Origin: Patescibacteria group bacterium
Lineage (GTDB): Bacteria > Patescibacteriota > Gracilibacteria > BD1-5 > UBA2023
DNA length: 64,000 nucleotides
Direction: 5' to 3'
Assembly: GCA_049315825.1 (NCBI GenBank)
Contig: JBMOJK010000004.1
Coordinates: forward strand, 648-64,647
This document shows positions 1 through 11,280 of this stretch, piece after piece. A model generated the notes under the pieces. It worked only from the letters and a program-made list of their open reading frames with translations. It ran no database searches and had not been told where the DNA came from. The translations under genes were made by a program, and so were the position numbers. Position 1 is the stretch's first letter. Every line of letters starts with the position of its first letter.

Positions 1-3000
1 CCATCGTATGAAACCACTGGACCCTGTGCCAAGAGGAAGGCATCAAGATTGGTGATAGAAGGATTTACGAACATCCACCCCTTCTTGTCAGCGTTTGAGA
101 TATCTGGAGATGCGCCGTCAATGGTGAGATTCTCTAGACCACCAAGATTCATAACACCGAGGAAGAACTGACCTGCTGTTTGTACACCTGATGCATCGAG
201 TGTTGAAATGTTTGACTTCAGGGTAAGTGATCCGTTCTGCACTATGATACTGCGCTTCTTTGAAACATGACAGTCACTTGCGCCACAGTCGAGCGTACTA
301 TTTCCATCAATGAATGAAATCTCTTCACCATTGACCGTAATTGTACAATCTGGGTTACCAGAATTAAGGAATGCCTGGTTGATCGTCATGCCACCACACC
401 ACTGCTTCGTACCTGCAGGAGAGCCAACTGGTGCAAATCCAGCACTCTGTACTGCTACGTTTTTCTTGATTGTAGCAGTAAGATTTGGACGTGAGAGCTC
501 GGTAGAAACATTGGAATTTGCCTTCGAGCCTCCGACATCAGTTGTGATCGCGTTATAGCGATTCGTAAGACCTGTAACGGCGATATCCGTGATCATGCTT
601 GCCTGAAGTGGAAGTGGCACAGATCCGATTGTATATGAGTTCGAATAATAATTTCGAGCCATCGCATACTGATCAAGCCCTGCATTTGAAGCATCCTTGA
701 TATTACGTGCAACAGATGGAAGGAAGATCGTATTTCCACCTACATTATACGTAAGCCCCGAAACAAATGCTGTTCTGAGCTTTGTTTTGTCATATGCTGC
801 ATGCCCTGGAATAGCAGACATCTGCACTTCCGCGGAGAATCCACTTGAGCCAGCACCAGCGATGTCGAAATTCTTACTGATCAATGACCCTGGAAAGAAT
901 GCAGTTGTTGCAGCAGGGTATCCTGCCCCTTCGTTAAAGAGAGAATTATCCGTTGTTCCTGTCTTACGGATATCAAAGTTTAGCACCCCTGGCTGTTCGT
1001 CCTTGTCGGTATTGTAGGCAACAAGATTACGCTCGTAAACTGTTGGAGAACCTACGCCGCCAGATGATCCGATTGTATAGAGCTTTTTGTAGTGCTGCAT
1101 GTACTGACCATCAATCAGTGTCTTAAATCCAACAAGACCATAGAGGTATGGAGATGCGTACTCAAGATTTACACTTCGACTCGAAAGTGTATCAAATGGA
1201 ACATTACTTGCATTTGCATATGCGTATTTACCGTAGTCGTTTTCATTTACACTGATATTGCTAAATCCACCTGACTCAGAAAGATTTCCAGTATTTGGAA
1301 CAACGAGTCCGTTTGTTGTGCCAGCAGTTGCCTGTGTGTTTGTAAAGTATCCAAGTCGTGAAGATCCAGTTCGTGGATAGGTAATATCACCAGAAACTGA
1401 TCCATCGGCAGAGTTGTCAATAGACTGAAGTCTGAGCGCAGAAGAAGATGAGAGGTATGGATAAAATCCAGTCGAAGGCACTTTTGAAGCGAATGCGACA
1501 GAGTAGTTCCCGTTTGGCTTCTTACTGATATCTTCTTGCATGAGAAGATTTCCTGATGTATTGATCGCCGAAAGATCTACAGAAAGATTGTCTGTTTCGT
1601 TATCCGTTGCGGTAACAAGCTTTGCACCAGTGGGCGAGTTCGTGCGCTGATCTGCTGCAAGTCCATTGAGGAATCGAGTCTGTGTGCTTACCGTCTTGAT
1701 GTTCGTTGCATTTTCTTCTGAATATACAGGGACCACTTTATTTCCGTATGCATCACGAAGTGCGTACGTGAACTTATATGCATCGATACCATTTGCCATC
1801 ATCTTTCCTGAAGAATCCGTCACAGTCGCAAGAGAAACATGTGACTGTGTATTGTTGAGGGTATTGGCTACAACACGGAACTTGAGCTGAGGATTGATAC
1901 AATTTCCTACGAGATCACACAACTGTGAGATACCGTTCGTGAGGAACTGTGTATCATAGTATCGATAGGTTTCATTGCTTGCAAGATTGCCGTTATCAGT
2001 ACGAGAGAAATCCTTCATCTTCGACCCCTGATTGATAAATCGATCTGCTGGCTGATAATAGAGAGACTGAACAATCGGTGCGACCGCAGTTTGGATGTTG
2101 ATGGCTGTATTTGTCGTATCAATACCTGCATTGCAAAGCTTGTAATCCGTACAACCTGCACCCGACGTTACTCATTGCCCAGTGATACCAGTATCGTTGA
2201 TCATGTAGTTAAGTGACTGAGCATCATTGGCAGCAAAGAATCGAGAATACCCTGTGGTAGATGGGTTGTATCCTGGTGTGGTCTTATCGTACACAGTATC
2301 GTTGTCTGGGAACTTCAAAACTGATTCGATTGCGGTATTTACATCGAGTGCAAGTCCATTTCCTCCTACGTTTGGTGCTGTATTATCACGAACTGCATAG
2401 AACGCAGTTTCTGAATAATTTCCAGAATTCGCCGTACCATCTGGACCTACTGTATTATCGTAGAGTCGGAGTCGGTACTTTTCTTGAGTATTTTGAGCGT
2501 TGCTTACGAGGTTTGCTGTCGTGAGTGCGAGCGTTCCACCGAGCGGGATATCTGCCTGTGGAATAGAGTCACTCGTTAGGAGTTGGAATTTATTTTCACC
2601 TGCCGTAAGATCTCCAGATGCCGCTCCATCACTGAAGGTAGCACCTGCAGAAAGGTATGATGAATACGTATCACTATAACTTACACTGGCTGTAAATGGG
2701 CTATTTGCACCAAGTCCAGTCGTTGTATTTTGGAAATAAAATGCGTGGAGATTGTCACGCGTATGATTTGGGCGTGAGGCGGCATTGTCGCCTGAGTATC
2801 CGTTGAGTGCGGGATTTGTATACGAGTCTCCTGTAGACATATCGTTTACTGAGTCATTCTTGTTTACGATCTGTGAAATACCAACACGACCACCATAGTA
2901 TGTATATGCATTTCCACCAGCAAGGTTATTGAGTGCGAGCTGTGGAGCGGTCTTGTCTATCTTGTAGGTAATATTGTAACGTGAAGCATTTTCTGCGTAG

Positions 3001-3425
3001 TCGATAAGTACAACATTGATACGAATCACTCCTTCTCCTTCCATCGCAAAAGCTCCTCCAGTAACTCCTGTGAAGAGATCGATCAGCTTGGTGACATTAG
3101 CAATGGTATCTGCTGTACTCGTCTGAGCACTTGGGATTGCAGTACTAGCCTGAACATTTCCAACTGGGTAATCTTTACCATCATAGACGATCTTTGCAAC
3201 TCCACCGACATTCTGGAAATATCCAGTGCGACACGCAGAGGACCATGCATTTTGGAGTTGATTCCAGTGTGGCGAACACCAGTCAACAGAGTAGAATTGA
3301 TGCTCTATACCAGATGAAAGCGGTATAACGGCAGCTGCCGATACAGCAGAAAACAATCCTGTGAGCATCATGACTGATGCACCAAGGATTGTTTTTGCGA
3401 AGAGGCTTTTGATATTTGTTTTCAT
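1..3425 (-). CDS. Very large secreted surface protein (N-terminal >1,140 aa; C-terminus lies beyond the window start)
   Basis: ATG at 3423-3425 is followed by the signal peptide MKTNIKSLFAKTILGASVMMLTGLFSAVSAAA. Track ORF 2172..3425 stops only at TGA (2172-2174). Translating past it gives ..GITGQ-G-VTSGAGCTDYKLCNAGIDTT... Spot translations of 960-1037 and 3-59 stay open in the same frame, and no competing minus-strand ORF is listed below 2172. The protein is Gly/Asn/Thr/Ser-rich with no catalytic motif recognised. Confidence 0.8.
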
Positions 3426-3452
3426 ACTACTCTATTAGTGAGTAAGTGAGAA

Positions 3453-4001
3453 TTATTTTTTGTTTGTGGTTGTGACTGTATTTTTTGTAGCGGCTGGAGG
3501 AAGTGGTGGATTGCACATTGCGTTGATATTTGGGAAGAATTTGTTCTTAGTATCTACGGATGCCTTGTTTGTTGTGAGATCTCCACAGATGCTCCATGAC
3601 TTATTTTCGATCTGCGCTCCTGCAATCATAACATTGATATCTGCTTCTGTCATCTCAACGCCTATTTTTTTAAGTGAAGCATCGATATCTTCGAGTTTTG
3701 ACATAAGCTCCTTTACAGAGTTTACATCTTTTGTCTTCATATAGTTCACGAAAAGACGACGATCCTTGAGAACTTTCTTACCACCCTGGTTGTCTATCTG
3801 TGTCGCAATGTTTTCATCAGTGAGTGTTTCGAGCTTGTTGATACGAGCACGCTCAGCGATCGCTTCAGGAGTCGCAAGTTGTGACTGTGCAGTATTGTTG
3901 TCAGTTGAACCGTTGTTCTTTGGTTCATCCTTATTCCAGAAACACGAAGTGAGTGCAATCGGAAGAAATGCAACGAGAACGTATCGAGTAAGTGATCGCA
4001 T
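3453..4001 (-). CDS. Lipoprotein of unknown function
   Basis: 182-aa ORF with a TAA stop. The N-terminus MRSLTRYVLVAFLPIALTSC is a signal peptide plus lipobox (L-T-S-C). It lies on the same strand as both neighbours, 27 nt upstream of the giant secreted protein gene and 21 nt downstream of the 4023..4889 gene. Confidence 0.7.
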   Translation of the reverse strand: MRSLTRYVLVAFLPIALTSCFWNKDEPKNNGSTDNNTAQSQLATPEAIAERARINKLETLTDENIATQIDNQGGKKVLKDRRLFVNYMKTKDVNSVKELMSKLEDIDASLKKIGVEMTEADINVMIAGAQIENKSWSICGDLTTNKASVDTKNKFFPNINAMCNPPLPPAATKNTVTTTNKK

Positions 4002-4022
4002 AATTACAAAATTACAGTGTGA

Positions 4023-4889
4023 TTAGTAGTTGTTTGGATTGTATGACGGGAGACAAAATTTCTCCATCCCTGCAATAAATAAACCTCCGTATGCGTAGTT
4101 GAGACGCGTCTTCGATCCATACCCCCCAGAACCAAATACTTCAAATACTGCCTTTTGGTTACTCGCGATACGGATAGAAGCGTCATTGTTATCTTCTCCA
4201 TTTGCTGAGATATTGAACTGACCACGAAGAGTCGTTGCATTTATCGCGTTGAACGAAAGCGCCCAGCCACTATCTGTAACAGCTCGATACTGACATGAAA
4301 TATCAAAATTGGTTGTGTCGTAAACATTTACTTTTTCCCATCCAAGTGTATACGACTTAAGATCCTTTGTAGAACCCGTTGTAATACGAACACCGTCCTT
4401 AAAGTTATAGAGATCAAGGCCATCTGAATAGGTCTTTCCGTAGATAATCCCCGCAGCGTAACCTGACGCATCAGCGTAAGATTTTGTAGCATCCTTGAAA
4501 TGAATCGCACCTCCTACTTTAGGATCAAGCAATCCCTTCGTTGGGAGATTGATCTCATCTACCTGATATCCGGTTACACCGGCGATTTTATTACTACTTC
4601 CACCGAGGAAAGCCGTCATATTGCGAGCTCCATCACGAGTAAGATAGAGAAGATCTCGCACGGCACAGGCCATCTGATTCCACTTTGTGGAGTCTACGCT
4701 ATCACCTGATTCGATGATCACTTGAGGATCAGAACTACAAATACCATTCCCAGAAAAAATCGGAGAATTCGAAAGCGTACTCGAGATCGACTGCCAATTC
4801 GCAAAAACAGAACCTACTGAAAAGCTCACCAATACAGTAACTCAAAGAAGTAACTGAAGCGTTTTGTTACGAAGAATCTTTGAATACAT
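4023..4889 (-). CDS. Secreted protein of unknown function
   Basis: Track ORF 4023..4832 (TTG start) extends upstream through TGA 4842-4844 to ATG 4887-4889. This gives MYSKILRNKTLQLLL-G-VTVLVSFSVGSVFA, a typical signal peptide. TAA stop at 4023. Confidence 0.65.
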
Positions 4890-4952
4890 AGATCAAAAAT
4901 AGCGGGTAATAGATGGGGGCACACGTACAAACAAAGCCATGATATACTAAAT

Positions 4953-4983
4953 AATTCCTCATTTCAATTTAAAATGAGGAATT
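4953..4983 (-). terminator. Hairpin overlapping the GIY-YIG gene stop
   Basis: aattcctcatt (4953-4963) pairs with aatgaggaatt (4973-4983), an 11-bp stem with a 9-nt loop. The right arm is the last codons of the 4969..5259 CDS. Confidence 0.45.
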
Positions 4984-5259
4984 ATCAGGAAAAGTGCAGG
5001 ATTGTATGAGTTCGAGCTTCTCAGATCGGGTGAGTTGTTTGAGTGCATACTCTCTCTTTCGAGCTTCTGACAGGGTCTCAAATGGTTCAAAATAAGCAAG
5101 AGTAACAGGTCGTCGGATCTTGGTATAGTGAGCGCCGGACTTGAGATGATTGTGTTCGTGGAGTCTTTTTTCGAGATGATTGGTGGAACCGACGTAGAGA
5201 GTGCCATCGTTGCATTCGAGGATGTAGACCGCAGGACCTGGCATATTAGATTTCTCCAA
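4969..5259 (-). CDS. GIY-YIG nuclease-domain protein (small stand-alone UPF0213/YhbQ-like)
   Basis: The 96-aa ORF contains VYILECNDGTLYVGSTNHLEKRLHEHN, which matches the GIY-YIG core block. An alternative start is MPGPAVY at 5242-5244. It overlaps the ABC-F stop by 14 nt. Confidence 0.8.
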   Translation of the reverse strand: MEKSNMPGPAVYILECNDGTLYVGSTNHLEKRLHEHNHLKSGAHYTKIRRPVTLAYFEPFETLSEARKREYALKQLTRSEKLELIQSCTFPDNSSF

Positions 5260-6700
5260 GTTCGAGATAATCGTCGATTCTGATTTGCCAAACGAATTCG
5301 TTGACGTGAGAAACTAGGATCATCCCACCTTCGTATGCATCGAGGGCTTCAGCAATCACTGGAAGGTGTCGGAAGTTTACGTGGTTGGTTGGCTCATCGA
5401 GGATGAGAACCCCTGGGCGCATGAGCACGAGACTCGCAAACGAAACGAGCGCCTTTTGTCATTCTGAGAGGTATCCGATCTTCGTCTTCATAACTTCACC
5501 CGTGATGAGGAATCCTGCTGCCATTGAGCGGATTTCTTTTTCGTTCATTTTTCCTTCAGAAGCCTGCTCAAGACACTCAAGAACTGTTTGGTTGAAATCG
5601 AGCGTCGAGAAGTCTTGACGATAGTATCCGATCTTGACCCCTGGAGCGATCTTCGCACCCTTTGCAGTCCCCTTTGCGATAGACTCAAGGAGGGTTGTCT
5701 TCCCGATCCCGTTTGGTCCGGAGAGCAGAAGATGTCGCCCTTTTCGGATAGAAACCTCAACTTCCTTCTCAGTAGCCTCGTGATCGATGATCACGTTTAC
5801 ACTCTTGATCCCGATGAGTTCACCTCCGATGTCTTCCTGAAGTGGAATCTCGAATGCACGAATCGTCTTGTCTTCACGACGAACGTCAACCATGTTTTCT
5901 TCCATTTCTTCTGCCTTTTCTCGCATTTTCTTGGCAACAAGACGGAGCTTACCCCCCTTGTGAGCGAAGACGTTGGCCTGTTCTTTATTGGCTTGTGCGA
6001 TCTTTGCCATCTGAGCATTCTTCATGTTTTCCTTCTCGATTCGTGCAGCGATCTGTTCTACTACGTCGTGATAGTCACCGACGTATTGTTCTACCTTGTG
6101 TGTGTTCACATCGAGGTATAAGACACCACCCGTGAACGCGTTGAGGAAGTCAGCATCATGGGAAATAACGATCACTGATTTCTTGTAGGCGATGAGGAAG
6201 TCCGTGAGGTGTGCGATCCCATCTACGTCGAGATTGTTCGTTGGCTCGTCGAGGAGAAGAAGATCAGGATCTTGGATCAATGCAGCAGCAAGAAGGAGTC
6301 GAGCCTGCTGTCCACCTGAAAACGATCGAACAATGCGATCGAGTGGAGCCCTGAGGTTTACAACTGCAAGGATTTCACCGATCTGACGATCGATGTTAAA
6401 CGCATCACCACGGTAATATTTACGGAAAAATGCCTGGATCGTGAGGTCACGATCTTCCTGAGGCATAACCTGGAAGGCAGTTGCGATATGTACATCAGAA
6501 TCGATGAGAACACGACCATATTTTGGCTTGATGCCACCCGTCATCATTTTGAAGAGTGTTGTCTTCCCTGCTCCGTTCTGCCCCATGATCGTGATCTTCG
6601 ATCCGCGTCGTACGGAGAAATCTACTTCATCCAAGATCATTCGACCGCTTTCGAACTGGAAAGTTACGTTATCAAATCGAACAATTGTCTCGTTAGCCAT
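5246..6700 (-). CDS. ABC-F family ATPase (two ATP-binding cassettes, no membrane domain)
   Basis: Track ORFs 5459..6700 and 5246..5428 join in frame across TGA 5459-5461. Walker A motifs are GQNGAGKTT and GPNGIGKTT. ABC signatures are LSGGQQ and LSE-TGA-QKA (=LSEGQ). Walker B motifs are LLLLDEPTN and ILILDEPTN. TAA stop. Confidence 0.9.
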
Positions 6701-6721
6701 ATCTGGTTCAAAAAATTACAA

Positions 6722-6745
6722 ACAAAAAGGTCTCAAAGACCTAAA
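6722..6745 (-). terminator. Rho-independent terminator-like hairpin
   Basis: aggtct (6728-6733) pairs with agacct (6737-6742). On the minus strand the hairpin is followed by a T-run (tttttgttt). Confidence 0.45.
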
Positions 6746-6788
6746 CTGCGGGTAGTGTATGGAAAATATGGGAAAAGTGAAGAGGAAG

Positions 6789-6890
6789 TTAAGAAGCAAG
6801 TCTAGAAAGTCCGACCCCTATAACAAGAAGAGCAAATGAAAGGAGGAAAAGGGATCCAGCGATGTAGTGATGAGGTTTCATGTTCTTCAT
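6789..6890 (-). CDS. Possible 33-aa hydrophobic peptide
   Basis: MKNMKPHHYIAGSLFLLSFALLVIGVGLSRLAS has one predicted TM helix. It lies between two hairpins (6922-6955 and 6722-6745). The longer 80-aa track ORF would run through the 6922-6955 hairpin. There is no homology support. Confidence 0.25.
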   Translation of the reverse strand: MKNMKPHHYIAGSLFLLSFALLVIGVGLSRLAS

Positions 6891-6921
6891 GTTCTTCCAA
6901 AATAGTGACAAAATATCCAAG

Positions 6922-6955
6922 AAAAAAGAGTCTCCTCCTAAAAAGACTCTTTTTC
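6922..6955. terminator. Hairpin flanked by A- and T-runs
   Basis: agagtct (6927-6933) pairs with agactct (6944-6950). The flanks are aaaaa and ttttt, and the loop contains cctcc. Confidence 0.4.
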
Positions 6956-7032
6956 TGAAATGCAGTATACTGACAATCATTTCCAAAATATTAATTTCGG
7001 GAGGTGAAATTAAATTTTCTTCTGAGGACATG

Positions 7033-7063
7033 AAAAAAATCTAGGTCAGAATGCCTAGATTTT
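7033..7063 (-). terminator. Rho-independent terminator downstream of the GT4 gene
   Basis: atctagg (7039-7045) pairs with cctagat (7054-7060). On the minus strand it is followed by ttttttt. Confidence 0.55.
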
Positions 7064-7176
7064 ACCGGATTTTGTTGCTGATTTTTAAGAAGAATTATCA
7101 CATCAAAGCATATGCCGCCTGCGTGACATGCCTCAAGAACAGGATTTAGGTTTCTGAAAATACCCGAACTTCACAC

Positions 7177-8277
7177 CTACTCCATCTCCAAAAAACCCTT
7201 TAGCTTCCGTTCAAGATTATCCAGTGAGAACTTCTGCGCCTGGATTATACAATCTGCTGCATAGGACTCAGCGAGGTCTGGAGTCATAGTTCGCACCGCA
7301 TCCGCAAGATCATACGGTGTAAAGTATTGTGGAAGGAGTATCCCCGTCTTTCCGTCAATCATAGTCTCAAGAAACCCACCTTCAGCCACGGCGATCACAG
7401 GAACGGCGGATGCAAGGGATTCGATGGTATTCATACCAAAGTCTTCATTCTTAGCAACATAGATCACTGCGATTGCACGGCGCACGATATCTGGAAGTTC
7501 GGCATTGTTTTCGAGTGTGCGAAATGTGACATTTGAAAGACCTTCTGCAAGTTTCATGAATTCATCCTTTTGTGGATCATTCTTGCCGTAGATCACGAGG
7601 AGATTTTTCTCAGGCATGAGCTTGAAGGCTTCGATGATCGCATCAACTCGCTTTGCATGGGCAAGTCGAGCATAGGAGAGATAGTATTTTCCTTTTTCTC
7701 AGCCAGGGAAGAATTCAAGTGTATCTACCGGCGGATAGAGGACCTTTACCTGAACACTTGGAGCGAGGGACTTGAGGAAATCTGCATTTTTCTGCGAATT
7801 GGCAAATATGATATCCATCGCACGAAGATCCGAAATATACCAGATCCGAAAGAGAGTCAGAGCAAGCGAGAAGAATGGTCGCATGATCGGATATACCTTT
7901 TGCATGTATTGCTCCTTCTGATCAAAGAGATGACGAGAAATCGAGTGCGCGTAATACACCTTAAAGGCTGAGCCCGAAAATCTCTGCGCACTAATCCCCT
8001 CGTTGGAGAAAATAATCGTATCGTATTCTCGCAGGAAGTATGTCCGAAACAGGAAGGACAATTTCATCATCAAGAACCCAAACATTCAACGTCTAAATCC
8101 TGGATAGACAGAAAATTTCTTTCCTCGAAATCCCATGGCTTCGAGATCATAACTCGCATCAGAAAACACCGCTGCAACGATGTCAGCGTCGAGCATTTTT
8201 GCAATCTGGATGTTCATCCGTTCGGCTCATCCTTTTACAAAAAAACTGTCGTGAACTATGGCGATTTTTCCTTTCAT
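7177..8277 (-). CDS. Glycosyltransferase family 4 (GT-B fold)
   Basis: Track ORFs 7177..7617 and 7699..8085 share a frame and join through TGA 7699-7701 and 8086-8088. The frame extends to ATG 8275-8277 through TGA 8227-8229. N-terminus is MKGKIAIVHDSFFVKG-G-AERM (GGAE motif). The C-terminal region is EDFGMNTIESLASAVPVIAVAEGGFLETMIDGKTG, typical of GT4. TAG stop. Confidence 0.85.
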
Positions 8278-8336
8278 TTGAAAGAGTGTTTCGTATACTG
8301 CGGTCGATATTACGAACAAAGCCCTACAAGTAAAGC

Positions 8337-9446
8337 ATGGCATTCGAAGATAAACGCATCGCAATCGTATGTGATTGGCTCAAGGATTGGGGTTGAGCTG
8401 AGCAGGTTTTGTATGATCTGCTCGAAGTTTTCCCACACGCGGATTTATACTCCTCGATTTATATCGCGGATAATTTCCCGGACCTCGCAAACCGAGAGGT
8501 AAAGACGACTTTCTTGGATAGGATCCCGTTCATCCGAACTCGACCAAAACTCGTACCATTTTTGCGTCCATACGCTTTTGAGAGCCTTGATCTGAGTGGG
8601 TACGATATCGTGATCTCAAGTTCAAGTGCAGAATCCAAGGGAATCATCACTCAACCGGAAACCCTCCACATCTGTTATTGTCACTCACCAACGCGGTATT
8701 ATTGGAGTCATTCGCACGAGTACATGAAGAATCCTGAGTTCGGGATTTTCAATTTCATCGCGCGATTGGTGATGCCATATTTCTTCCATCGTTTGCGGCT
8801 GTGGGATCTGGCAGCTTCAGCTCGGGTAGATTCGTTCATCGCGAACTCTCGCAACAGTGCCAATCGCATCGCCAAATACTACCGCCGCGAATCGACCGTG
8901 ATCACACCAGGGATCGACAGCGAGAGATTCCAGCTCGAGACAGATAAATCTAACTACTATCTTGCACTGGGGCGCATGATCCCCTACAAGAAGTTTGATT
9001 TGCTCGTGGATACATTCAACGCAAACGGTAAGCGTCTTGTCATAGTAACCAATACACGAAATAAGCTCCTCGCCACACTCATGGCCAAGTCGAAAGACAA
9101 TATCGAATGGCAACTCGGGGTGACACATTCACAAAAGATCAAACTCTTCCAGAAGGCAAAAGCGTTCGTCTTTCCTGCTGATGAGGATTTCGGGATGGTG
9201 CCGATCGAGGCCATGCTCTGTGGAACTCCCGTGATCGCATACGGAAAATGAGGTGCACTCGAAACCGTTCGAGCCTGAGAAAGCGGAGTATTCTTCGAAG
9301 AACAAACCGTAGAATCACTCACGGCTGCGATCGAACACTTCGAAAACCTTAAGTGGAGCGCTTACGATATACGAAAATATGCAATGAAATTCGACAAGCG
9401 AATCTTTGCTGAGCGGATCATAAGTCATATTTCTTCTCTTCTGTAA
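8337..9446 (+). CDS. Glycosyltransferase family 4
   Basis: From ATG 8337: MAFEDKRIAIVCDWLKDWG-TGA(8394-8396)-AEQV (GGAE motif). It runs through track ORF 8409..9251, then ..PVIAYGK-G-GALETVRA-G-ESGVFF.. to TAA 9444-9446. EDFGMVPIEAMLCGTPVIA is the GT4 C-terminal motif. Confidence 0.85.
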
Positions 9447-9449
9447 AAC

Positions 9450-11276
9450 ATGTGCGGGATTTTTGGATACGTTGGTGGGCGTCCTGATGCGCAGAATATC
9501 CTGCTCCATGGACTTGAAAAGCTCGAATACCGTGGATATGACTCTGCTGGTATTGCTGTGCACAATGGAAAATGAATCGATGTTTTTCGCGCCGTTGGCA
9601 AAGTATCCGAACTCGTAAATACAGTAGATAACTGTCGTAACACAGACAAAAAGTATTCGATGTGAATCGGTCATACAAGGTGGGCAACACATGGAGGGGT
9701 TACCCTTGAAAATACCCATCCACACTCTGACGAAAAGCGATCATTCTATCTCGTACACAACGGAATAGTCGAGAATTTCCGAGAGCTCAAAGCTGGACTC
9801 GAAGCAAAGTGAGTGAAATTCTATGGACAAACCGACTCAGAAATCGTAGCGAACATCATCGCTGATACCCCCGGTAATACCCTGCTTGAAAAAGTAGAAT
9901 CCGCACTCCCAAAACTCGAATGAGCCTATGCGCTGCTCATCGTGAGTGCCGAAGATCCAACCGAGATGATCGCGATTCGATACGGAAGTCCGCTCCTGCT
10001 CGGAAAATGAGCAAATGGGGAATTCTTTTTCTCATCGGATGCAAATGCTCTCGCAGAACATACACAGGATGTTATTTTCCTCGAAGATGGGGATCTCGTA
10101 CATGTAAAAAATAACGAATATACCATCCGACAAGAAGGAACGCTTGTTTCCCGCCCAATGGAGCGCATCGATGTCTCAAAGCTCAGCGTGGAAAAAGGGA
10201 AATACAAGCACTTCATGCTCAAAGAAATCCACGAAACCCCAATGAGTATCGCAGAAGTATTTCGAGGTCGTGCCAACTCAGAAGCTCTCACACTCATGCT
10301 TCAGGCGAATTCATTCCAGGAATTACGAGATATCGAATTCAACAGAGTAGAGTTTATCGCCTGTGGAACATCATACCATGCTGGACTCCTCGGATCGTAC
10401 TGGATCGAAGAAATGTCTGGGATCGAATCTCGTGCAACGATTGCAAGTGAATTCTTTGCAAAACCGGTTCATGTACGATCAGATACACTCTATGTTTTTG
10501 TCTCCCAATCCGGCGAAACCGCAGATGCACTCGAACCACTCAAATACCTCAAGGAAAAAGGCGCAAAGACATTTGGTATCGTAAATGTTGTTGGATCGAG
10601 TATTGCTCGCATGACGGATACAGGACTCTTCACACGATCCGGTACAGAAGTCGGAGTTGCTTCTACTAAAGCATTCATCGGACAGTTGGGTGCAATTCTT
10701 CTACTGACACTATTTTTTGCAATCCAAACTGCTGGTGATTATCGTGTCTATCGTCGCGTGCTTGGTCAACTTGAAAAGCTTCCAGAGCAGGCGTTTGAAG
10801 TGCTTGAACTTTCCTCAGAGATTCGCAAAATCGCAAAGGAATTCACATCATACGAACACTGTTTCTTTCTCTCGCGCGGCGCAGGAATTCCAGTTGCGAT
10901 GGAAGCGGCACTCAAATTCAAAGAGATCACCTATCGACATGCGAATGCCATGCCACTTGGCGAGCTCAAGCACGGATCGCTCGCACTCATTGATGCACAA
11001 TGCCCATCAGTTGTCTTCATACCGAACGATGAAAATTTCCTCAAAAATAGCTCATCCATCGAGGAAATCCGAGCCCGTGGCGGAAAGGTTCTCGCGATCT
11101 CTGAACGTGTAATCGAACAAGCAGATTGGAATATTACAATCCCTGCTTCTGACTCTTATTCGTTTGGATTTTTAGCCTCGATCGCAGGGCAGCTTTTCGC
11201 CTATCACACTGCAGATCTTCTCGGACGAGAAATCGACCGCCCTCGCAATCTTGCAAAAAGCGTCACCGTAAAATAA
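9450..11276 (+). CDS. glmS: Glutamine--fructose-6-phosphate aminotransferase
   Basis: [10 protein letters not shown] is the N-terminal nucleophile Cys2. There are five in-frame TGAs before track ORF 10158..11276, the first at 9573-9575. SIS-domain motifs are present ([18 protein letters not shown]) and the C-terminus ends ..AKSVTVK. The start lies 3 nt after the previous stop. Confidence 0.95.
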
Positions 11277-11280
11277 TCAC

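Noticed and set aside
5588-6121. 177-aa plus-strand ORF, together with the other plus-strand ORFs between 5385 and 6805.
   Set aside because: They are antisense shadows of the ABC-F gene, whose minus-strand frame carries complete Walker and signature motifs. The shadow translations are low-complexity, with no motifs.
9450-11276. Reading the many split housekeeping genes (glmS, dnaE, dprA, pcrA, the permease and others) as pseudogenes or frameshifted genes in a decaying genome.
   Set aside because: All fragments of each gene are in the same frame. They are separated only by TGA, never by TAA/TAG or a frame change. The TGAs fall on conserved glycines. Codon reassignment explains everything without invoking decay.
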